Assembly: GCA_947593515.1 (NCBI GenBank) | Contig: CANQDQ010000002.1 | Location: forward strand, 115,471 to 179,470 | From: an uncultured Bacteroidales bacterium | GTDB taxonomy: Bacteria > Bacteroidota > Bacteroidia > Bacteroidales > UBA11471 | Direction: 5' to 3' | Length of the DNA: 64,000 nucleotides | Shown here: positions 41,097 to 48,832 of the stretch, one piece after another | How the letters are laid out: the number at the start of each line of letters is the position of its first letter | How positions within the stretch are numbered: the first letter of the stretch is position 1 | Notes under the pieces: generated by a model | Databases searched by the model: none | What the model was told of the DNA's origin: nothing | Seen by the model: only the letters and a program-made list of their open reading frames with translations | Translations under genes and position numbers: made by a program

Positions 41097-41989
41097 TTTC
41101 CTAAAAAAGAAGCAGATGCGATTTTGTTGTAAAACGCGTTTTCGGTGATGCCCAACTGCCGGCAGGCTATTCGTGCGGCATTGAGGTCGAGTAACAAATC
41201 TTCGTCGCAGGCAAACGGAAGTTCCGTTTCACTTTTCGAGCGTGTAAGAAAGCATTTGTCGCCGTCTCTGCGGCAGGCATGGGCTTTGAAAGGAATTGCC
41301 GTAATATCGTCACGCACCGATTCCGCCCACTCTTGAAATGCGCTTACCGTCTGATTGTAAATAAGCGTACCGTTCCGGTCTATGGATTCGACAACCTTGT
41401 GGCAGGCGTCGAGATAAGATTCAAACGTGGGATAGAGCTTGTTTTCGCGCCAATGCAGCGACGAAAGTATCAGAATATTAGACTTATATACCCGTTTGTT
41501 GCACTGCGACAACCAATCGCCGTTGAGCAGGCATATACGGGTGTTTTCCGATAAAAAAATCTCCGTCGGAAATCCTGTGACCGGCGTGCCCGCCACGTAG
41601 TCGCATTTCTTGTTTTGCGACTGCAACATATAATGTATAATGGAGAGTATGCGGCTCGGATTGTGCGTGTTGTATTCCGCCACCGTTGCTTTTCCTTCGA
41701 TATGGGTCGTCAGCAAGTCGTATATCGACATGGTGCGCAGATGTTCGGACTCGGCATATTTTATATCGGCATCGGTAGCGTCGGCGGCACATACGACCCA
41801 ATCGACGGTTTCTCCGGCTTTGCATATTTGCTCCAGCGTGCCCAATCTTACGCCGCCTTGCAGCAATTCTTTCGAGAGTGCTTTCGGACAGCCGGAACAC
41901 GACACGCCATATCCTTTCTGTTGCAAAGCCAATGCGAAATGCGCCGAAAAGGTCTCTCCGCAAGAAACGATATGTATGCTTTCTGCCAT
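41093..41989 (-). CDS. Mur-ligase-like protein (Mpl/MurC-related) lacking the ATP-binding P-loop lysine and the C-terminal domain
   Basis: Start taken at 'MAESIHIVSCGETFSAHFALALQQKGYGV', which resembles the Mpl/MurC N-terminal Rossmann domain. At the position of GxxGKT the sequence reads 'NTHNPSRI'. The protein is only about 298 aa. It overlaps the DUF4924 gene by 4 nt. Confidence 0.5.
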   Translation of the reverse strand: MAESIHIVSCGETFSAHFALALQQKGYGVSCSGCPKALSKELLQGGVRLGTLEQICKAGETVDWVVCAADATDADIKYAESEHLRTMSIYDLLTTHIEGKATVAEYNTHNPSRILSIIHYMLQSQNKKCDYVAGTPVTGFPTEIFLSENTRICLLNGDWLSQCNKRVYKSNILILSSLHWRENKLYPTFESYLDACHKVVESIDRNGTLIYNQTVSAFQEWAESVRDDITAIPFKAHACRRDGDKCFLTRSKSETELPFACDEDLLLDLNAARIACRQLGITENAFYNKIASASFLGK

Positions 41990-42172
41990 ATTTATTATTT
42001 TGAAAACAGTGTCCACTTTTTCTTTCCGAAAAGTGGACAAAGATAATGCTTTCGGGCGAATATCGGAGGAAGTTTTTTTAAGTTTTTATCAACAATTCCG
42101 ACAGTTTTTTGAAAATCTGTCCGTTCTCTTTTATAACAAAAATTTTTGTCGTTGGATTTATCTTTTCTGTTT

Positions 42173-44746
42173 TCAGAAAGAGAAATGCAGCGATATGCGT
42201 ACACCGCCTTTGGCAGCATGGGCATGGTCGCGATAGGTTACGCGCCATACGTATTCGATGCGTAAAATCTTGAAAATGTTATCCAGTCCCGCACTTACCT
42301 CCATATAAGGCAGGCGGGGGTTCATGACATAGACGACATTGTTGCCCGGAAATTTCCACAAGTTGGGATTTTGGTCGGCTAACAACGGATTGTTTTTATC
42401 CGAAAGGTGTCCGAAGAATCCGCGAAACGAAAATACCTCGCGCATACGCAATATTTTTATATAAGGTATGCGGTTGAGCAGTATGCCGTTGGCAAAATAG
42501 GTTATATCCCACGACCCGTATGTGTCGAGTACAAATTCCAACGGACTAAGCAAACTGTACGACCCCTCCTGTATCGTGTACGAGAGGTTGGCGTTCGGAA
42601 GTATCAGCATCGTGAACGGTACTTGACTCCAAACGTGGCTTACGCGAAATTCCGTTTCGATATGCCCGAATGCCGAGAACCAGAAGTCTTTAGCAAAAGA
42701 GAAATCCGTGCGGTTGAGCATGAATTTGCTGCCCAGAAAATCTTTCGGCGAGAACGTATGCGAAAGGGTTAATATCGGCGCATCGCGGGTGATGGGATAG
42801 CGCATACCTTTCGTCTGGTAGAATTTTTCGTTCGGGGCATACCGTATGCGCAATTCGGCTTCGCCCCAGTTGTAGAAGCGATAGGTCGAACCGTCGTTGG
42901 CGTCGAATGGAATCCAGCGTGTCGATTCTTCCCGTTTGAAGCGGACTTTCGCACTGTATGACAATCCGAACATGTGTTCACGCTGGTAAGCCAGCTCGGC
43001 ATTTTGCAGATACGACGATTTGGTATCGCTCATACGTTTCAGCGTCAGAAATACGTTATCCTTGTTCGTATATTCGTATTGCTGTCCCAACTGGTTGATG
43101 TCGTTGGTGTAAGTAAGAGCGAGCGAGTGTATGGGATATTCGGCGGGCGAATAATTTTTTTCGTTGAAAGAGTATTCTATCCGCGATGACCCTTTGACGC
43201 GGTGGTCGCGGAATCCGTAGGCTATGTAGCCTTTCCAGAACCAGTGCTTGTTGAGATTGGCAGTGGTGAATCCGCCGGCACGCAGACGCACGCCCTCTAC
43301 GGTATTTCCGCTTATGGTCGTGTTCATGGGACCCAAGTCGAATTTGCTCAAATCCTTGTTTTCGTTCGTTTCGATGTATCCGGTAATCAGAATTTTAATG
43401 ATTTTTTCAAACCAATAATAAATCGGGTTGGAACGGAGCTTTTCCAACAGCTGTTTGACAAGTCCCTCTTTCTCTTTCAGCTCCGTCTGCCGCTTGTCGT
43501 CCCAGAACGATTGCGGCATGACCTCCGCCATTTCATCGACAACGGTGCTGCTCTCCTGCTCGAATAGCGCCAAGGTTTCTTTGTCGTTGAATGGTTCGAA
43601 ACTGAAATTCTTGTACAATGCCAGTCTGCGGGTATAGAGCTTCGGCGTACCGGGTATGATTTGGAACTCGACCACCATATCGTCCTTCGTTTTCAGGCGT
43701 GTGCCGTCCGGCGCACGGTCGAAAGATTGCTGGATAATCAAGTCTTCCACGTAATTCAGGTTGATGTCTTTGGGCACCGCCATCGCAAACTGTTTGATGA
43801 AATAGGTGGAATCGAGCGTTACGATAAGATGCCCCACAAATCCCGCCGATTCAGAGTTGAAGGGTACGAATGAAAGTTTCAAGCACTTCTCACCTTCCAC
43901 CATGAGCGTATCGCCGAGATAGTATTTGTAAAACGCCGGTCCCAAGCTCGAAATAGGGCTTACGAACCGCGTCAGCATCAGGGAGATGTTGTTTTGATAA
44001 ATATCTATTTCCTTGAAAATCTCGTCGTAAAAGGCGGCGATGCCCTCGCGACTGAACATATCGTCCACACCCTCATGGTAATAGCCCGACACCTTTTGTC
44101 GGTGCATTTTCGGGTCTTTCCGATAATAGCTGTTCGATATCTTTTCGCGTATGGCAACCGTCAGAATGGGCTTTCCCGTTATCTCCGACGTATCGACAAA
44201 ATCAAATAGAAATTGAAATTTCCGGAAAATTCTTTTGTCCCGTTTTTCTTCGGAAAAGTCGTTGAGCGCCATCGTCATTTTATCGTATTGGTCATACGAA
44301 TAAAAGTCGTGATTTTCAGGGTTATTCAGGTCGCGACGTTCGATGATTTCCTTGACGAAATCGACGGCGGGATTGTTTTTGCGGGAATATCGCTCCCGTT
44401 TCGGTTTCACCTCTACGGCAGACAGAATGTAGTCGGCAGGCGCCAGTTGTATATTGACGACGTGCGTGCCGCCCGGCTTTACTTTTATACGTTTATCCCT
44501 GTAACCGACGGAGGTCGCTCCCACTTCGGTGAAATCTTTTTTCGAAGTGCGCAGGGTGTAGCGCCCGTTGGCATCGGTCATCACGCCGATATTGGTGCCG
44601 CCGATGAATACGGAAATGAAGCCCAACGGCTCATGCGTAACCGAGTCGGTTACCACGCCCGTAATGGTGGTCGTTTGCGCAAAACCTTTCGTTGCGCCGC
44701 ACAAAAACAGCAACAAGATAAAGAATCGCGTAATATACTTATTCAT
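42173..44746 (-). CDS. Carboxypeptidase-regulatory-like domain plus DUF5686 outer-membrane protein
   Basis: 857 aa with a signal peptide. 'ITGVVTDSVTHEPLGFISVFIGGTNIGVMTDANGRYTL' is the CarbopepD_reg fold. The remainder is typical DUF5686 and ends in a beta-barrel-like aromatic terminus '...SLHFSF'. Confidence 0.78.
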   Translation of the reverse strand: MNKYITRFFILLLFLCGATKGFAQTTTITGVVTDSVTHEPLGFISVFIGGTNIGVMTDANGRYTLRTSKKDFTEVGATSVGYRDKRIKVKPGGTHVVNIQLAPADYILSAVEVKPKRERYSRKNNPAVDFVKEIIERRDLNNPENHDFYSYDQYDKMTMALNDFSEEKRDKRIFRKFQFLFDFVDTSEITGKPILTVAIREKISNSYYRKDPKMHRQKVSGYYHEGVDDMFSREGIAAFYDEIFKEIDIYQNNISLMLTRFVSPISSLGPAFYKYYLGDTLMVEGEKCLKLSFVPFNSESAGFVGHLIVTLDSTYFIKQFAMAVPKDINLNYVEDLIIQQSFDRAPDGTRLKTKDDMVVEFQIIPGTPKLYTRRLALYKNFSFEPFNDKETLALFEQESSTVVDEMAEVMPQSFWDDKRQTELKEKEGLVKQLLEKLRSNPIYYWFEKIIKILITGYIETNENKDLSKFDLGPMNTTISGNTVEGVRLRAGGFTTANLNKHWFWKGYIAYGFRDHRVKGSSRIEYSFNEKNYSPAEYPIHSLALTYTNDINQLGQQYEYTNKDNVFLTLKRMSDTKSSYLQNAELAYQREHMFGLSYSAKVRFKREESTRWIPFDANDGSTYRFYNWGEAELRIRYAPNEKFYQTKGMRYPITRDAPILTLSHTFSPKDFLGSKFMLNRTDFSFAKDFWFSAFGHIETEFRVSHVWSQVPFTMLILPNANLSYTIQEGSYSLLSPLEFVLDTYGSWDITYFANGILLNRIPYIKILRMREVFSFRGFFGHLSDKNNPLLADQNPNLWKFPGNNVVYVMNPRLPYMEVSAGLDNIFKILRIEYVWRVTYRDHAHAAKGGVRISLHFSF

Positions 44747-44895
44747 CTATACGACGGCTTTTCATTTTTCGGGCACAAAGGTAGTAAAAATATCTGCTCG
44801 TTTTTTGCGAAAAAAGGCAGAAACACATTTATTAACGTAATATTTCGCCTCTTTTATTTATCTTTACCGACAAAACGAACAAAAATATCCCTTTC

Positions 44896-45363
44896 ATGCA
44901 GGAAATCGAAAGAAAGTTTTTGGTGCGGAACGACGGCTACAAAGCCGGCGCATCGCATACCGAATACCGGCAGGGCTACCTATGCGTCGATGCCGACCGT
45001 ACCGTGCGGGTGCGCGCGGCTGCCGGCAAAGGCTATATCACCGTAAAGGGGCGCACGCAAGGGTGTACACGCGCAGAGTATGAATACGAAATACCCATCT
45101 CCGATGCCTGTCAGATGCTCGACACGCTTTGCCGGAAACCGCTGGTCGAAAAGACCCGCTACCGCTGCACCGGCAGCGACGGAAAGGTGTGGGAAATCGA
45201 CGAATTTAAGGGCGTAAACGAAGGGCTCGTCGTTGCCGAAATCGAATTGCAGAGCGAAACCGAACCGTTCGCCCGCCCCGACTGGCTCGGCGACGAAGTG
45301 AGCGGCGACCCGCGCTATTACAATTCCTACCTCTTGGAACACCCTTATAACGAGTGGAAATAA
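44896..45363 (+). CDS. CYTH domain protein (triphosphate tunnel metalloenzyme)
   Basis: 155 aa with the N-terminal 'EIERKFLV' ExExK signature and matching length. Confidence 0.85.
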   Translation: MQEIERKFLVRNDGYKAGASHTEYRQGYLCVDADRTVRVRAAAGKGYITVKGRTQGCTRAEYEYEIPISDACQMLDTLCRKPLVEKTRYRCTGSDGKVWEIDEFKGVNEGLVVAEIELQSETEPFARPDWLGDEVSGDPRYYNSYLLEHPYNEWK

Positions 45364-45471
45364 CGCTTTCCTACTCGACAGCGGAAAAATGAAATCAAAA
45401 ATTTTTCCGACGGGGCGTTGGATAATTGAAAAAGAGTTTATACTTTTGTCCCCGCATTTGGGAACGACCAT

Positions 45472-45558
45472 GGAAAGATGCCGGAGTGGTCGATCGGGAC
45501 GGTCTCGAAAACCGTTGTACCCTTTCGGGTACCGAGGGTTCGAATCCCTCTCTTTCCG
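45472..45558 (+). tRNA. tRNA-Ser (anticodon CGA)
   Basis: Manual cloverleaf: acceptor GGAAAGA/TCTTTCC, anticodon stem ACGGT/ACCGT with loop CTCGAAA, long variable arm TGTACCCTTTCGGGTAC, T-arm GAGGG-TTCGAAT-CCCTC. No CCA is encoded. Confidence 0.92.
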
Positions 45559-45563
45559 CAGAA

Positions 45564-45598
45564 ATCGGGTGTAAATTTATGATTTACACCCGATTTTT
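45564..45598. terminator. Strong hairpin terminator after tRNA-Ser, possibly also serving the convergent 157-aa gene
   Basis: 13-bp perfect stem atcgggtgtaaat/atttacacccgat, a 5-nt loop, and a T-tract on the plus strand. It lies 8 nt from the stop of the minus-strand CDS at 45606. Confidence 0.85.
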
Positions 45599-45605
45599 CA
45601 TTTCA

Positions 45606-46079
45606 TTAATCGTCTTCAAACGCTTTATTTTCGATGTGATGTCCGGTAACTTCTTCAAGGAAATCTTCGCGCATCACCATCAGCAGGTTGCGTGTGTATT
45701 CTTGAAGAAGGCCCTTATAATACGTTACGTCCTTGTGGTTCGTTTGGGTGATACGTTCCCATAGCGTTCGTTCCGTAGCCGCTTTATGAGCCTTGTCTAT
45801 CGATTCACGGTCATTGTCTGTCATCAATTTACGCAGCTTTTGTTCCTCCAACACCAACGGAGTACCTTTCAACTTTTTCGGTGCATATTCCCGCCACACC
45901 TCTTCAAGAAATACACGATATTCTGCCTCAATCTTCAGTGGCAGGTCTTTCGTGTACGCTCCTATGGTTTCCGGACGTTCTACCGCCGCCTCTTTCACAA
46001 GGTGCCCAAAATATTTGTTGAGCAGCTCCTGCTCTTTCTCTGTACAGAGCTTTTTTATTTGTTTGCCGAAATTATTCAT
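45606..46079 (-). CDS. Hypothetical all-helical soluble protein, third gene of the low-GC operon
   Basis: 157-aa ORF, highly charged (K/E-rich), with no TM segment and no motif I recognise. It starts 17 nt after the stop of the 743-aa gene. Confidence 0.6.
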   Translation of the reverse strand: MNNFGKQIKKLCTEKEQELLNKYFGHLVKEAAVERPETIGAYTKDLPLKIEAEYRVFLEEVWREYAPKKLKGTPLVLEEQKLRKLMTDNDRESIDKAHKAATERTLWERITQTNHKDVTYYKGLLQEYTRNLLMVMREDFLEEVTGHHIENKAFEDD

Positions 46080-46096
46080 CTTATATCATTCTATCA

Positions 46097-48328
46097 TCAG
46101 ACATTTTTATGTTCTGTCATTTTCAAAATCCATGTAATATAGCGGGAAAATTCTTTATCTAATTTCTGAATATCATCTAATTTTTCATATGGGCGAATGT
46201 CATGATGAATAAAGCGTTCTTTATTCCGTTTAAGAAGATTGCTAAGCTGCTCATTTTTAACAGCATATTTATCTTCATTTCGATGGGCCTTTCGATAACC
46301 CATCAGAAGTTTTTCAACATTCCACCGATTATGCTCGAGACGTGCCATCATATTCACTTCTTCATCTTTGAGCGGTTGAGTGTCATGACTTGTGTCGTCT
46401 TGTTTAAGACCTCGCATAGAGCGTAATGCGGCTAATTTAATTCCTATGGCATAGGCGTTATAAAGATTCGACCATTTAAGTGCCACAGGAAGACTGTTCC
46501 AACATTCATTGGCTTCTGCCCATACCTGCTCCCTCGATATGCTCTCTAATGCCAATAGACTCTGGAATTTGTTGGCAGACGGCATGGTATAATAAAGGTA
46601 ATTAATGAGTTTGGCTCGTTCCAACGACTTCTCATCGGCACTATATGCTGTTTCGTTCATTCCAAAGGGATATATATTGGCATAACGGCCGCCCAATACC
46701 TTCGACTCAATATCTCCGTCTTTTACTGCATAGTAAGTGTTCTTTTTCTTATTCGCACGTATGGCTTCATCGGTTTCCCGCAGATTGCTGACAAAGTTAT
46801 CTGAACGGTCTTGGCGAATGAACACCGGCACCTCATTGTCATACACGGCATCGGGCATATTCATACCCAATACAAAGTTCTCCCGCTGATTGGGCATAGC
46901 CAAGAAAATGGAGAGGTACTGTTGGCGATTATGTTCTTCAGCCCATTTACAAATCATGTCCTGTACCTCTTTCGAGAATACATCGCCTTTAATGAATTCA
47001 AATTCTACGTCAAGGAAGTTGGCGTCGTCATCTGTATAGCCGTTTTCCTTAGTAAAATATAGATATTCGTTCCGCAGGTAGTCTTCTTTCGATTTATAAT
47101 TAGCTCCTTGTGAAAGGTCGCTGTAATAGTACGGCTGCACTTCAAAGAAATGACGATTGCGTATGATAAATTCATCTTTCTCCTTATCCGCATTTTTATC
47201 TATGAATGAAATCAGGGTTTTAACCTTGCTGCCATTTGGGAAATGGAGTACATGGGCTGCTTCCATAGCAAAGGCTACGGCAAAATTAGTCGTACCCACA
47301 AAGGTGAGGTGGACATATCGGGTATCATCTTTTGTCAAAGCCGTCGTGTCGTTTTCGGCATAGCCTTTGCCATACACAGCGGGATAAGGAATTTTTTGTT
47401 CGGGCTGGTTGATGTCGGTATAGAAGAAACGTTTCACAAACACCTGTTTAGCCCAGCCGGCATAGAAATTATATGGTACGAACTCCATTCCCAAATTCTT
47501 TACTCGACCAAAAATTTCGGAAGTCTTAAATGCCGCATAGGTATCAAGATCCTCAAATACGCAAGTGATACGTTTCGGTCGGTCGGTTATCATAGGTTGT
47601 TCCAAATAGGTGCATATACTATCCACACATTCCACATTGATGGCATCGTGTGATGGCAAGGTACGCAACCCCACAATATAAACTTGCTCTGCTGTTTCAA
47701 GGTGAATGTCTTTATAGTAGTCCTTAGAAGTTCTGTGGCCATAGTTGATAATAATGCGGCTCAGCTGTTTTTCATTGAACACTTTTCGCAGTTTTTCTCG
47801 GATATATTCCGAATCTGCCGCACTCATCAGCAGTATAAAGGCTTTCTTTTCTTTTTCGAAAATATGCATAATAATGGAAGGTACCATATCATCGTATCCC
47901 ATAATGATGTAATGACCGGATTTGAGATAGTGGATATGTCCTTTCTTATGGTTGGCTACCCTTCGCTCTATAGAGTTGGTAATGATACCGATGATGATGC
48001 CGTTGAATATAAATATCCCGCACAAAAAAGTTATACTGCTGGCAATCAACATCCAGCCGTGAACGGCAGACCCTTGCTCTGCACTGCCGATATAGAGGTT
48101 ATTCAGTGCATTGGAGTCTATCAACAAATAGATTGGCAACAGCCATTTATTCAGATCTTTATCTTTACAAAATTGTTCCCATTCTACTCCCGACCACCGC
48201 CAAAACATCAGGTATGACAATCCTAATGCGATGATAAGCACGATTCCCAAAAAAAAGAATTGCCTCCATAGGCTCCTCGACAATGAACGGTCGAACAATA
48301 ATTTAATGATAGAACGAGACTTATTCAT
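46097..48328 (-). CDS. Membrane-anchored protein: 2-TM channel-like N-terminus, degenerate Rossmann/RCK-like modules, C-terminal RyR-repeat-like domain
   Basis: 743-aa ORF. TM1 is 'WRQFFFLGIVLIIALGLSYLMFW' and TM2 is 'WMLIASSITFLCGIFIFNGIIIGIITNSI'. Right after TM2 comes 'GHYIIMGYDDMVPSIIMHIF', a beta-alpha start placed like TrkA_N/RCK but without GxGxxG. A second similar segment is 'VHLTFVGTTNFAVAFAMEAA'. The C-terminus 'LEHNRWNVEKLLMGYR...HHDIRPYEKLDDIQKLDKEFSRY' resembles the RyR repeat. Confidence 0.75.
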   Translation of the reverse strand: MNKSRSIIKLLFDRSLSRSLWRQFFFLGIVLIIALGLSYLMFWRWSGVEWEQFCKDKDLNKWLLPIYLLIDSNALNNLYIGSAEQGSAVHGWMLIASSITFLCGIFIFNGIIIGIITNSIERRVANHKKGHIHYLKSGHYIIMGYDDMVPSIIMHIFEKEKKAFILLMSAADSEYIREKLRKVFNEKQLSRIIINYGHRTSKDYYKDIHLETAEQVYIVGLRTLPSHDAINVECVDSICTYLEQPMITDRPKRITCVFEDLDTYAAFKTSEIFGRVKNLGMEFVPYNFYAGWAKQVFVKRFFYTDINQPEQKIPYPAVYGKGYAENDTTALTKDDTRYVHLTFVGTTNFAVAFAMEAAHVLHFPNGSKVKTLISFIDKNADKEKDEFIIRNRHFFEVQPYYYSDLSQGANYKSKEDYLRNEYLYFTKENGYTDDDANFLDVEFEFIKGDVFSKEVQDMICKWAEEHNRQQYLSIFLAMPNQRENFVLGMNMPDAVYDNEVPVFIRQDRSDNFVSNLRETDEAIRANKKKNTYYAVKDGDIESKVLGGRYANIYPFGMNETAYSADEKSLERAKLINYLYYTMPSANKFQSLLALESISREQVWAEANECWNSLPVALKWSNLYNAYAIGIKLAALRSMRGLKQDDTSHDTQPLKDEEVNMMARLEHNRWNVEKLLMGYRKAHRNEDKYAVKNEQLSNLLKRNKERFIHHDIRPYEKLDDIQKLDKEFSRYITWILKMTEHKNV

Positions 48329-48714
48329 TTGCTGCTCTCATTAATGTCTTTCAATGCATTATCTATTTCTTCAAGATATTTGTTCAAGTCTTTACCAAGT
48401 GCCGACAACTTCATATTCCACAAGACCGCTTTCTGTTTTCGCACACATTCTTTTTCGTCCCACTTCTTTTTTCTTTCTTCAGAATAGTGTTTAGAGATGA
48501 CCTCAATCAGTTTTACGAGAATATATCCCGCAACGCAAATTGCTGCAACCATAACGACTGTCCATGTAATTTGTCTCATTATCTCAACGTCAGCCCAGTT
48601 TGTCGCTGCCTCGTTCATACGGCATAGACTATCTTCGGTCGCCTTTGTTAATTTCTCAACCATATTGTCTTTTAGGACAATCGTGTCATTCAGATTTAAA
48701 ATATAGATGCTCAT
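48325..48714 (-). CDS. Small single-pass membrane protein with coiled-coil tail, first gene of the low-GC operon
   Basis: 129 aa with the TM helix 'ITWTVVMVAAICVAGYILVKLI' followed by a K/E-rich helical segment. Its stop overlaps the start of the 743-aa gene (ATGA). Confidence 0.6.
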   Translation of the reverse strand: MSIYILNLNDTIVLKDNMVEKLTKATEDSLCRMNEAATNWADVEIMRQITWTVVMVAAICVAGYILVKLIEVISKHYSEERKKKWDEKECVRKQKAVLWNMKLSALGKDLNKYLEEIDNALKDINESSK

Positions 48715-48763
48715 AATGTTTGTAAAGTTTGTGAGAGTAGTAAGTCAAAAAAATCTATAAATA

Positions 48764-48771
48764 CAAAGATA
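48764..48771 (-). promoter_or_regulatory. -7 motif TATCTTTG (minus strand) upstream of the low-GC operon
   Basis: Plus-strand caaagata, 50 nt upstream of the start at 48714. Confidence 0.5.
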
Positions 48772-48832
48772 GTGAAAAACATATTGTAATAGCAAGTAAT
48801 TTTGACTGTTTTTAAGAAAATGAATAATGCCG

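Noticed and set aside
47969-48265. Calling the 743-aa protein a potassium channel
   Set aside because: The TM1-loop-TM2 layout is channel-like, but the loop ('NLYIGSAEQGS') has no TVGYG-type selectivity filter and the Rossmann-like modules lack GxGxxG. Only a generic pore-like or membrane-anchor description is justified.
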